A stretch of DNA of 64,000 nt. Source: Ignavibacteriota bacterium (GTDB taxonomy: Bacteria > Bacteroidota > Ignavibacteria > Tepidaquicellales > Tepidaquicellaceae). How positions within the stretch are numbered: the first letter of the stretch is position 1; each line of letters begins with the position of its first letter. Shown here piece after piece: positions 53,348 through 62,634 of the stretch. Below the pieces are notes generated by a model that ran no database searches, was not told where the DNA came from, and was given only the letters and a program-made list of their open reading frames with translations. The position numbers and the translations under genes were made by a program. The stretch is taken from positions 86,187 through 150,186 of the forward strand of contig JACREY010000017.1 in NCBI GenBank assembly GCA_016218085.1. The letters are read 5' to 3'.

Positions 53348-54231
53348 TAAAAGAATTAAAGGGAGCAGGAACGGCTCTTGTTACGCCGTTCAAAAAAAAT
53401 CTCGAAATTGATTACAACTCTTACAGAAAATCTGTTATCAGGCAGATTAAGTCGGGAATACATTTCCTCGTACCTCTCGGCACCACGGGTGAAACGCCCT
53501 GCCTTGAAGCCGATGAGAAAAGGAAAATCATAGAGATTGTTCTGTCTGAGACAAAGGGAAAGATTCCCGTTTTCGTCGGAGCGGGCTCGAACAGCACCTC
53601 ACATACAATCCAGACAATAAAAGAATACGAAAGCTTCCGTGTCGACGGATATTTAATAGTTACCCCATATTACAACAAACCGACACAGACAGGGCTTTAT
53701 AATCATTTCAAGGCAGTTTCAGAATCAACCGATAAAGCAATAATACTTTATAACGTTCCGGGGAGGACGGGAGTTAATATGCTTCCGGAGACAACATTAA
53801 AACTTGCCGAACTGAAAAACGTAATTGCTGTAAAAGAAGCCTCGGGTATTTACAGCCAGATAAGCGAGATAATAAAATACTCTCCGAAAGGATTTTCTGT
53901 AGTATCCGGTAACGACGACGAGACACTTTCGCTCTGCGTTACGGGAGCGAAGGGTGTAATCAGTGTTGCATCCAATATAGCGCCGAAGGAAATGTCAAAT
54001 TTCCTGAATGTGATTTTAAAAGGAGATTTTAAAAAAGCTAAGGGGATTCATCACAGACTGATGCCGCTCTTCAAAAACTGTTTCATCGAAAGCAATCCGA
54101 TTCCCGTAAAGGCGGGAATGAATTATTTAAGACTGATGGAAAATACTCTGAGACCGCCGCTTTACAAATCAACCGATAAGACATTTGGAATAATCAAAAA
54201 AACAATTAAAGACTTAAGTATAAAAAAATAA
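53344..54231 (+). CDS. dapA: 4-hydroxy-tetrahydrodipicolinate synthase
   Basis: G.GTALVTPF, GTTGE, YNVP.RTG, catalytic-Lys context AVKEASG. Confidence 0.9.
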   Translation: MIKELKGAGTALVTPFKKNLEIDYNSYRKSVIRQIKSGIHFLVPLGTTGETPCLEADEKRKIIEIVLSETKGKIPVFVGAGSNSTSHTIQTIKEYESFRVDGYLIVTPYYNKPTQTGLYNHFKAVSESTDKAIILYNVPGRTGVNMLPETTLKLAELKNVIAVKEASGIYSQISEIIKYSPKGFSVVSGNDDETLSLCVTGAKGVISVASNIAPKEMSNFLNVILKGDFKKAKGIHHRLMPLFKNCFIESNPIPVKAGMNYLRLMENTLRPPLYKSTDKTFGIIKKTIKDLSIKK

Positions 54232-54232
54232 A

Positions 54233-55054
54233 ATGAATATTCTTGAAAAAAGGTTTAACGGCATAACAGACAGCACACCAGGAGAAGAGGTTATTGCATT
54301 CTTTGCCGATTTCAGAAAAGCTCTTGAAAAAGGCGAAGTAAGGGCTGCTGAAAAATCCGGAAATGAATGGAAAGTTAATCTCTGGGTAAAGAAATCCATA
54401 ATGCTCGGATTCAAGTCCGGAGTTCTGACAGAAATGCAGAGCGGAATATTTTCATTCTTTGATAAAGACACTCTCCCGGTTCAGCACTTTTCACCGGTGA
54501 GCAAGGTCAGGATTGTTCCCGGTGGAACATCAATCCGCGGAGGTTCATTTGTAGCGGAGGGTACGATACTGATGCCGCCTGCTTATGTGAATATTGGCGC
54601 TTATGTGGATTCAGGGTGCATGATAGATTCTCACGCGCTAGTAGGATCCTGCGCACAGGTAGGGAAAAATGTTCACCTTTCTGCGGCGTCGCAGATAGGC
54701 GGTGTGCTCGAACCAATCGGGGCTTTGCCTGTAATTATTGAAGACAATGTTTTCATCGGAGGCAACTGCGGGATATATGAAGGAACGATTGTTCAGGCCA
54801 ATGCAGTTATCGGAACGGGTGTAATACTAAATGCTTCGACTCCCGTATTTGACAATACAACAGGTGAATTCATAAAAAAGACCGCGGATAAACCTCTTAT
54901 TATTCCGAAAAACGCAGTAGTGGTTTCCGGCAGCAGACCAATAACATCAGGGAAAGGCATAGAGAAAGGAATTCATTTATATTGTCCCGTGATAATAAAA
55001 TACCGTGACACAAAAACAAATTCATCCGTTACTTTAGAGGATTTATTAAGATGA
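54233..55054 (+). CDS. dapD: Tetrahydrodipicolinate N-succinyltransferase (hexapeptide-repeat)
   Basis: Left-handed beta-helix hexapeptide repeats (..IGAYVD.G.MIDSHALVGSCAQVG.NVH..) in DAP-operon context. Confidence 0.8.
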   Translation: MNILEKRFNGITDSTPGEEVIAFFADFRKALEKGEVRAAEKSGNEWKVNLWVKKSIMLGFKSGVLTEMQSGIFSFFDKDTLPVQHFSPVSKVRIVPGGTSIRGGSFVAEGTILMPPAYVNIGAYVDSGCMIDSHALVGSCAQVGKNVHLSAASQIGGVLEPIGALPVIIEDNVFIGGNCGIYEGTIVQANAVIGTGVILNASTPVFDNTTGEFIKKTADKPLIIPKNAVVVSGSRPITSGKGIEKGIHLYCPVIIKYRDTKTNSSVTLEDLLR

Positions 55055-56268
55055 GCGAATATTGGTCAGACAATAATCCTTTTTTCAAGGTGAATAAGAT
55101 TGAAGATTTAAGTATTTTCATAAATAATTATTCGTCGCCCTGTTATATCTATTCAAGAAAAGTAATTGCAGACCAGTATAATAATTTAAGAAATTCACTG
55201 CCAGAGAAGTTCAGCATTTTTTATGCACAGAAGAGCAATCCTAATCCTGAAATTCTCGGATTGCTGAATTCACTACATGCGGGATGCGATACGGCTTCAC
55301 TCGGCGAGGTAAAATCCGCGCTGGATGCGGGTTTTGCGCCTGATAGAATAATGATGACGGGTCCGGCAAAAACAGAAAAAGAATTAAGATTTGCAATTCA
55401 AAGCAATCTGCTATCCGTAAATGTAGAATCGCTTCAGGAGCTAATGCTCATCGATAAAATCTGTTCGGAACTTGGAAAGAAGCAAAAAGTATTAATTAGA
55501 ATAAACCCGAAATTCGAAGCCGGGGAAAAAAACCGCATCATAGGCGGAATGGGGGTAAGCAAATTCGGGATAGATATCGATTTCATTCCCGAAGTATTCA
55601 GGCAGGCAAAAAGTCTCGGCAATATAGAAATAAAAGGGATTCACATATTCAACTCTTCCCAGATTCTTGACTGGAACAGGATATATTTAAATATCAAAGA
55701 CGTAATTGATACTGCAATAAATTTTTCAAAAGAGCACAATCTTGAATTTGATTTAATTGATGCAGGAGGAGGGCTTGGAATCCCCTACTCTGAAAACGAA
55801 AATTTTCTCGATACGGAGAAATTAGGAAACAACCTGCAGGATTTAATCAACAATCCGAAGTATAAAGATTTTCTATTGCGAAAAAATATCATTCTTGAGC
55901 CCGGAAGATTTTTATCCGGACTTTCAGGAATTTATCTTACAAAGGTTTTATACACAAAGGAATCCTGCGGTAAGAAAATCCTTTTAACGGACGGAGGTAT
56001 TCATCACCTGATAAGGCCTGTTCTCATCGGGCAAAATCATCCTATTATAAATTTATCCGCTGCATTAAGAGGCGCTGAAAAAAGCACGGAATATATAATA
56101 GCCGGGCCGCTTTGCACTTCACTGGATGAGTTTTCCGGCAATGCAGTATTAAAGGAGGCAATTCCGGGTGACATCCTTGCGATATTGAATACCGGTGCAT
56201 ACGGCTATACAGAAAGCATGCCATTATTCCTGTCTCACAGCCCGGCGACTGAAATTTTTATCGATTAA
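55051..56268 (+). CDS. lysA: Diaminopimelate decarboxylase
   Basis: PLP-Lys context FYAQKSN, ..GGGLGIPY.., EPGR.., ..GAYG. Confidence 0.9.
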   Translation: MSEYWSDNNPFFKVNKIEDLSIFINNYSSPCYIYSRKVIADQYNNLRNSLPEKFSIFYAQKSNPNPEILGLLNSLHAGCDTASLGEVKSALDAGFAPDRIMMTGPAKTEKELRFAIQSNLLSVNVESLQELMLIDKICSELGKKQKVLIRINPKFEAGEKNRIIGGMGVSKFGIDIDFIPEVFRQAKSLGNIEIKGIHIFNSSQILDWNRIYLNIKDVIDTAINFSKEHNLEFDLIDAGGGLGIPYSENENFLDTEKLGNNLQDLINNPKYKDFLLRKNIILEPGRFLSGLSGIYLTKVLYTKESCGKKILLTDGGIHHLIRPVLIGQNHPIINLSAALRGAEKSTEYIIAGPLCTSLDEFSGNAVLKEAIPGDILAILNTGAYGYTESMPLFLSHSPATEIFID

Positions 56269-56345
56269 AATACGCATATACTTTTTTTTGCTATGGCTAA
56301 TTAAATTATTTTCCCTTATAATATAACTGAAGGGAGGATATCTAT

Positions 56346-57056
56346 ATGGATAGGCAAACTTCAGTTAAAGCATTTGAAAAATACTTCACCCGTAAAATCG
56401 CATTTCACAAAGAATCGTACACAGGCAATACTTCTATATCCGAGCCATTTGTAACAATCTCAAGAGAGACAGGTGCAGGAGGTATCCAGTTCGGAGAGCT
56501 GCTTGTTCAGTATCTGAACGGCAACGACACTTCGAGAAGAAACAACTGGAAATCATTTGAAAGAAACCTTCTCGAGCAAGTTACACACGAGCACAATCTT
56601 CCTGCGGAAATGGCAAAATACATTCCTGAGAAGAAAATTTCGGAAATGCAGGATGTACTGGAACAGCTTTTCTTTCTGCATCCATCCGAGGAATCAATGA
56701 TAAGAAAAGCGAGCAATACTATTCTTCATCTAGCAATGCTCGGGAATGTTATTTTGATTGGAAGAGGAGCGAACATAATCACAAGGCACCTGACAGGCGG
56801 AGTTCACATCAGACTTATCGATACGCTTGAAAGAAAAATCAAAAATATACAGGACATATTCAGCATTAGCAAATCTGAAGCGGCTAAGTTTATCAGGGAA
56901 GAAGATAAAGGAAGAAAACTATACATTAAAAAATTTTTCAGCAGTGACATAGAAGACCCCTCGCTGTACAGTCTTGTAATAAACCTGAGTCTGATTTCTA
57001 CTCACGATGCGATTCAATTAGTCGGGGAAGAAATTATCAGGAAAAGGAAGAGATAA
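56346..57056 (+). CDS. Cytidylate-kinase-like family P-loop protein
   Basis: ITISRETGAGG.. N-terminal degenerate P-loop, typical of this family. 236 aa. Confidence 0.65.
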   Translation: MDRQTSVKAFEKYFTRKIAFHKESYTGNTSISEPFVTISRETGAGGIQFGELLVQYLNGNDTSRRNNWKSFERNLLEQVTHEHNLPAEMAKYIPEKKISEMQDVLEQLFFLHPSEESMIRKASNTILHLAMLGNVILIGRGANIITRHLTGGVHIRLIDTLERKIKNIQDIFSISKSEAAKFIREEDKGRKLYIKKFFSSDIEDPSLYSLVINLSLISTHDAIQLVGEEIIRKRKR

Positions 57057-57092
57057 AAAACACGTTACGAAGAAAACCGTAACGTGTTTCTT
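57055..57092. terminator. Bidirectional rho-independent terminator between convergent genes
   Basis: A6-CACGTTACG-(8 nt)-CGTAACGTG-TTTCTT. The stem is 11 bp when the flanking AA/TT are included. Confidence 0.75.
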
Positions 57093-57110
57093 GAATCTTA
57101 AACGACATCA

Positions 57111-59582
57111 TTATTTAATCAGGAGCATTTTTTTAACTTGTAAAAAACTTCCTGTCCGCCCGGTCGGATCTACGACTTCAATCCTGTAAAAATAAATCCC
57201 GCTTGCAAGTTCGGAGCCGTTAAAGGAAACAAGATAGCTTCCCGCTTTCTTAAATTCATTTACAATCGTCTTTATTTCTCTCCCGAGTATATCATAAATT
57301 TTTATTTTCACAAAAACATCCTTGGGCAAATCGTATTTGATATTTGTTATAGGGTTAAAAGGATTCGGATAGTTTTGATTAAGGTTAAATTCTTTTGGAG
57401 TATTGGTATTGGCAATTCTGTTATCTCCACCATCTTCGATACCTCCATCAGGACTTATCCCTTCGGTAGATGCAAAATCAGAATAAACAGAACTGTCACC
57501 ATAAGTATCAAAAGCTTTTATTTCATATCGCACCGGATATTTTGTACCGTATGGAGGATTTTGATCCAATAACGCGCAATCAAATCTTAAAATTGAGGAA
57601 TCAATATAATACGGAACAGAATCTTTATGAATATATACCTCAGCTATCTGAATATAATTTACGGGAACTGAACTCATATCGGGTTGTGTTGCTCTGTATA
57701 CTCTGTATTTTTTGGTTGTATCTCTTCTTAACATATCGGGCTCTCTGTTATGATTCCAAATAACTTTCGGAACACACCAGCTGCCTTCAGGATAGTAGTC
57801 TTCTACTTTTACACCCATCGGACGGGAAGGAGGAGTTAATTGTAAGATTTGAGTCTCGGTATAAGTAGAACCAACTCTATAAATTTCTAAATTTACTGTG
57901 CTGTTAACATATGATTTGTAATAAATAAATATTTCTGAATTATCGTTTCCCCAATATCTCGTGGAAGGACTTGAATACGGAGAAAAAACTTGATTATAGC
58001 CTACGTTCCACGCATCCCACCTATCACCTTGCCAGGAGCGGGATGTCCAGGGAACGTTTTCATTAGTATTTATTCTATCTGTACCATCTCCATATCGCGA
58101 TGTATTGTATTTTCCGTATCCTCCCCAACTTCTCAGGCTTTTGTCATCTATATTTGCAAAGCCTCCATAAGAAACATCATTATTATATGATACAGAGTCT
58201 TTTACATAAAATGGAATTTTTTGTACAGGGTTTATGGGATTTACCCAATCGGGAATAAAAGAGTCTCTTTGTTGCCAATAATATAAACCGTCCGCACACT
58301 CCTGGTCTACAAACGGAGCCCATGTATAATTTCCAACAATATGATATATATATAATCCTTTTCCATATTCAAACCCTTTTCCAACTTCAAAATCTTTATC
58401 TCTATATGGGTTACCGTGGGAAGTATCGCCAATCATTATTCTATCGTATGATGAAACTTTATTTCTCAAAGCAAGCAGGAAAAATTCTCCACTACCGGTA
58501 ATCGGTACCTGTAATACCTCTCCATTATTCGCTTCCCTCGAAGAAAAATCTTTTAATGTATAATTAATTGTATTAAAATTTACTTCTGTTGGTGATATGT
58601 AGCTGAGTTTTATTGCTTCCCATGGGCTATGCCTGTTATCCATTCCGTAAATCGCTCCGTCTCCCATCATAACTCCGTAATTGCAATGACCTCCGCCAAA
58701 ATGATAATGCCCGGTTTCGTGGCAAACCAACCCAAGAAAAGCATCCGAACCATAAGGACCATATATAACAGGAGGAGAATTTACGGGGAAGCCTGCACCG
58801 GGTGTAAAAGTACAACCCGAACCACTTGTCCAGCATCCGGTTACTATTGTATCACCGCTCGATACAACGTGCCTGCTTCCTTGAGTACTCGAAAAAAGCA
58901 TTGCGATACTTCCCGGATTTAATCCTATATCCGGTCTCCATCCCCTGTGGACTACATACATCATATCAATTTGTCCGTCTTTTTCATATTTAAAAGTTCC
59001 GTCTTTATATGTCCAGTTGTCATAATCAGACCAAAATAAACCGGGTTTTGCATTAAGGCTATCATAAATTTCAGTATTCACCTGTTCCAGCGAGCCATTG
59101 CTTTTATACCACCACCAGGGATGTGAAAGTTTTACATAGAACCCTTTACCAACCATGTGCATAGTACCTCTCGATATTTCCATCCAGTAATCACTCATTC
59201 TTTGAGTAGATGAATCATAAGCGTTCCACCATTCACTGCCATAACTTGTGTTTTTTGTTAAGGAAAGTAAATTGTTCATATAAGCAGGTGGTCCGGCAGT
59301 ATCCCAGTTTTCATTATTTACATCTATTGTATCGTTTGCAAACTGGACAAAAACAACCATAACTCTGAAAACTGAATTTCCATTGGTTCCCGGGTAGGAA
59401 TTTGTTCTTTCGGGTTTGTAATTCCCTCCAAAGTTGCTTGAGTTTTTCAAATCAGGATGCAGATAAATCCCTGAATTGTCAGCACAGTGAAAGCCGAACA
59501 TCGGGTCATTGTTATACTGACCCATAACAGCAATATTAAGCAGAGTTAATATTGCTAAATAAAACATTTTGACTTTTAACAT
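57111..59582 (-). CDS. Large T9SS-secreted protein with an HExxH zinc-metalloprotease-like motif
   Basis: Signal peptide, LVCHETGHYHFGGGH (HExxH), and a C-terminal T9SS domain (NQNYPNPFNPITNIKY..IKIYDILGREI..GIYFYRI). Confidence 0.7.
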   Translation of the reverse strand: MLKVKMFYLAILTLLNIAVMGQYNNDPMFGFHCADNSGIYLHPDLKNSSNFGGNYKPERTNSYPGTNGNSVFRVMVVFVQFANDTIDVNNENWDTAGPPAYMNNLLSLTKNTSYGSEWWNAYDSSTQRMSDYWMEISRGTMHMVGKGFYVKLSHPWWWYKSNGSLEQVNTEIYDSLNAKPGLFWSDYDNWTYKDGTFKYEKDGQIDMMYVVHRGWRPDIGLNPGSIAMLFSSTQGSRHVVSSGDTIVTGCWTSGSGCTFTPGAGFPVNSPPVIYGPYGSDAFLGLVCHETGHYHFGGGHCNYGVMMGDGAIYGMDNRHSPWEAIKLSYISPTEVNFNTINYTLKDFSSREANNGEVLQVPITGSGEFFLLALRNKVSSYDRIMIGDTSHGNPYRDKDFEVGKGFEYGKGLYIYHIVGNYTWAPFVDQECADGLYYWQQRDSFIPDWVNPINPVQKIPFYVKDSVSYNNDVSYGGFANIDDKSLRSWGGYGKYNTSRYGDGTDRINTNENVPWTSRSWQGDRWDAWNVGYNQVFSPYSSPSTRYWGNDNSEIFIYYKSYVNSTVNLEIYRVGSTYTETQILQLTPPSRPMGVKVEDYYPEGSWCVPKVIWNHNREPDMLRRDTTKKYRVYRATQPDMSSVPVNYIQIAEVYIHKDSVPYYIDSSILRFDCALLDQNPPYGTKYPVRYEIKAFDTYGDSSVYSDFASTEGISPDGGIEDGGDNRIANTNTPKEFNLNQNYPNPFNPITNIKYDLPKDVFVKIKIYDILGREIKTIVNEFKKAGSYLVSFNGSELASGIYFYRIEVVDPTGRTGSFLQVKKMLLIK

Positions 59583-59610
59583 AGGTTTTTAAATAATAAA
59601 TTAAAACAAT

Positions 59611-59681
59611 AGAGGGAAATAAGACGGTTTATTTCCTTCGGGAAAGATGCTTTGCACGGCATTTATTTGTCTGTTTCCCTC
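59611..59681 (-). other. 71-nt three-helix (Y-shaped) structured element between two T9SS cargo genes
   Basis: Outer stem AGAGGGAAA/TTTCCCTCT plus AGAC/GTCT. Inner hairpins are TTTCC-ttcg-GGAAA and ATGC-(8 nt)-GCAT. It ends 29 nt upstream of the ATG at 59582 (minus strand). Confidence 0.4.
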
Positions 59682-59742
59682 TTGCTTGTTAAAATCTTTC
59701 CCTTATTTTTATTTTGTGTTTTGTATTTGAAATCTTCTCCTT

Positions 59743-60996
59743 TCACTTAATTAATAACATTGATTTTGTAATTGTGCTATTTGAATTTGAAATTTTATAA
59801 AAATATATCCCTGATGATAAATTGTTTGCTTTAAAACTTATTTTATATTTCCCGGGTGTTAATTTATTATAACTGAAAACTTGAATACTTTGCCCAAGCA
59901 TATTAAATATTTCTATATAATAATTTCCGATTTTATGTATATCAAATTCAATTAAAGTGGTACTATTAAACGGGTTTGGGTAATTTTGATATAATTTAAA
60001 ATCAACTGGAACCCCTGTATGAATTTTATTGATAAATGATATCCCCCCATTTGATGTATAGAATATTTTAGTAGCCCCGCCAACTGCCCATCCTGTATTA
60101 TTATTGTAAAAATATAATGATCTAATAAATGCCTGATTAATTGGCGGTACAACTTCGGGTTGCCAGTTATATCCTCCGTTTGTGGTTTTAAACATTAAGC
60201 CAAAAGTTCCTGCGCACCACCCTGTGTTTTCATTTGGAAAAAAAACCGTGTAAGATTCGTCTGCACCCGGTACCCTTGCAACGCTATCCCAATTGCTTCC
60301 GAAATTTGTACTTTTATAAATTTTATTAATCTGGGTTCCTTGGGTATAAACTATACTATAACCTACCGGAGACAATCTGAAAAAATCAGCGGCTTGTGTT
60401 CCTACGGGAACAATAATTTCTGTCCAGTTCAATCCTCCGTTCGTAGTTTTATACATACTTGCCGCTTCTCCGCATACCAGCCCTTCATTTGCATTTCTGA
60501 AATAAATGTCGAAATTATATCCAACCGGAATATTTACGGAATCAAAAGTTGTACCTCCGTTTGTTGTCTTAAAAATTAAAGATCCGCTTCCGCATATCCA
60601 GCCTGTATTTTCATTTATAAAAAATACACCCTCATAGCTGTGACCTGTTCCGGAAGGTCCGTTTTTAATGATATTCCAATTTGTTCCTCCATTGGTAGTT
60701 TTAATGATTGTCTCAAAAAAACCAACCATATATACCACATTAGCATTTACTGCACATATGCTAATAAGGTATTTGCCTGTTATTCCGGAATTTTGCAGAT
60801 TCCAGTTATTACCTGCATTTGTTGTTTTTAAAATCGCTCCATTCCCACCGCAAGTCCAGCCCGTATCTTGGTTAATAAATTTTACGTCCATTAAATGTAA
60901 AGACAATGTTTCGTGATACTGCTGTACCCATTGAGAAAAAGCGAAATTGACGGCAACAAGAAAAAATAAAGTGAGTATATATATTTTTGTTTTCAT
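59743..60996 (-). CDS. T9SS-secreted Ycf48/BNR-like seven-blade beta-propeller protein (paralog 1)
   Basis: Repeats ..KTTNGG.NW.., and a C-terminal T9SS domain (YQNYPNPFNSTTLIEF..GIYFYKISNSNSTITKSMLLIK). Confidence 0.8.
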   Translation of the reverse strand: MKTKIYILTLFFLVAVNFAFSQWVQQYHETLSLHLMDVKFINQDTGWTCGGNGAILKTTNAGNNWNLQNSGITGKYLISICAVNANVVYMVGFFETIIKTTNGGTNWNIIKNGPSGTGHSYEGVFFINENTGWICGSGSLIFKTTNGGTTFDSVNIPVGYNFDIYFRNANEGLVCGEAASMYKTTNGGLNWTEIIVPVGTQAADFFRLSPVGYSIVYTQGTQINKIYKSTNFGSNWDSVARVPGADESYTVFFPNENTGWCAGTFGLMFKTTNGGYNWQPEVVPPINQAFIRSLYFYNNNTGWAVGGATKIFYTSNGGISFINKIHTGVPVDFKLYQNYPNPFNSTTLIEFDIHKIGNYYIEIFNMLGQSIQVFSYNKLTPGKYKISFKANNLSSGIYFYKISNSNSTITKSMLLIK

Positions 60997-61010
60997 TTTT
61001 GTTTGAGTAA

Positions 61011-62255
61011 TTATTTAATCAATGACATTGTCTTTGTAATTGAACTATTAGAATTTGAAATCTTATAAAAATATATTCCCGAACTAATATTATTAGCATT
61101 AAATTTATATTGATACTTTCCGGCGTTTAACTGTTTAATAAATAATGCTTCAATTTTCCTTCCAAGCAAATCGAATACTTCCATACGGAATATTCCCTTT
61201 TGGTTTATTTCAAATTCAATAGTCGTTTCCGAATTAAAAGGGTTTGGATAGTTCTGATATAATTTAAAATCTTTTGCTATTTGTTCATTGCTATTTGTTA
61301 TTTGCATTACCTGCCCCCCGGTTGTTGTGTGGAATATTTTCCCGGCACAGCTTGCATACCACCCTATTGAGTCATTTAAAAAATATACTGAAGTAATTTG
61401 TGCTACTACACCTGTTCCCGTGTTTTCCTGTTTCCAGTTGTATCCCCCGTCTGTTGTCTTAAAAAGCATATTGAGTGCATTGCCGGCGAAGCCCGTATCT
61501 TTGTTTAAAAAATACATACCGTAAGCACCGGGTAATTGCAAAGAATCGGTTTTAATCCAGCTTGTTGCGAAATTTGTTGATTTGTAAACTCCGTATGCAT
61601 TCATTCCGGAAACACACACATATTGCTTATTTGCAACACCCAATCTTAAAAACATAGCAGCGGTTTGCAATGGTACATTAGTGTTAAACCAATTCATACC
61701 TCCGTCAGTAGTTTTAAATACTCTTCCATCTCCGCAAATAATACCCGTATTAAAATCTTTAAAATAAATATCTGCAAGCGAACCCCAAAATATGCCCGCA
61801 GAATCAAAAGTCAATCCGCCATTTGTGGTGCGAAGTACACGCATACTTCCGCATACCCAGCCCGTATCTTTATTTAGGAAATATACACCTCTAAACCCGG
61901 TTCCTAATCCATTAGGACCGTTTCTAATAATTATCCAATTAGTTCCTCCGTTAGTGGTTTTTAAAATTACCTCGTGACCTCCGACTACATAAACCACATT
62001 TGAATCTACCGGAAACACACTGCTTAATATTCCTCCAGCACTTATCGATGGATTAGGTATATTTATCCAGTTGTTTCCGCCATTGGTAGTTTTTAACACA
62101 ATACCACCATCACCCAGAGTCCATCCTGTATTTTTGTTTATAAATTTTATATCGTATAGATTTTCCTGTATTCCGGAATTCTGTTGTATCCATTGTGCAT
62201 TTGTAATTTGGAGTGAATAATAAATGAATACTATTATTAAAGTTATTTTTTTCAT
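61011..62255 (-). CDS. T9SS-secreted Ycf48/BNR-like seven-blade beta-propeller protein (paralog 2)
   Basis: Same architecture as paralog 1, with a near-identical C-terminus (GIYFYKISNSNSSITKTMSLIK). It lies 14 nt upstream of paralog 1. Confidence 0.8.
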   Translation of the reverse strand: MKKITLIIVFIYYSLQITNAQWIQQNSGIQENLYDIKFINKNTGWTLGDGGIVLKTTNGGNNWINIPNPSISAGGILSSVFPVDSNVVYVVGGHEVILKTTNGGTNWIIIRNGPNGLGTGFRGVYFLNKDTGWVCGSMRVLRTTNGGLTFDSAGIFWGSLADIYFKDFNTGIICGDGRVFKTTDGGMNWFNTNVPLQTAAMFLRLGVANKQYVCVSGMNAYGVYKSTNFATSWIKTDSLQLPGAYGMYFLNKDTGFAGNALNMLFKTTDGGYNWKQENTGTGVVAQITSVYFLNDSIGWYASCAGKIFHTTTGGQVMQITNSNEQIAKDFKLYQNYPNPFNSETTIEFEINQKGIFRMEVFDLLGRKIEALFIKQLNAGKYQYKFNANNISSGIYFYKISNSNSSITKTMSLIK

Positions 62256-62315
62256 AAAAACACTTTAATTTGATTAATAAATTGGGAAATTCTTCTTCGA
62301 AAATAAATTTAAATA

Positions 62316-62328
62316 TTGACTTTGTCAA
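62316..62328. promoter_or_regulatory. TTGAC-ttt-GTCAA palindrome about 60 nt upstream of the paralog pair
   Basis: A perfect 5+3+5 palindrome in the 379-bp intergenic region. Confidence 0.25.
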
Positions 62329-62634
62329 GTCGATAATGGTAATAATCGAATTAATATACCGCAAAAAAAAAAAAATATCATAGTGTAATTAATCGTTAAA
62401 TGACATAAAGACAATAATATACAATACTTATGGATTAGCACCTATATTTTTTGCTATTATTGACAAAATATGAACAAGTCTGATATTACTTCTGCTATTT
62501 TCGCAGCAATCAGTGTGTAGAGAAATTATTCGATTTAGGTAAAAATATTACTTTTTTCTCTCTCATTTGCGTTCAAAGTGACTTGCCGTGGTGAGCGAAT
62601 GACACGGAGGATACCATTTATTAAATAACTTTCA

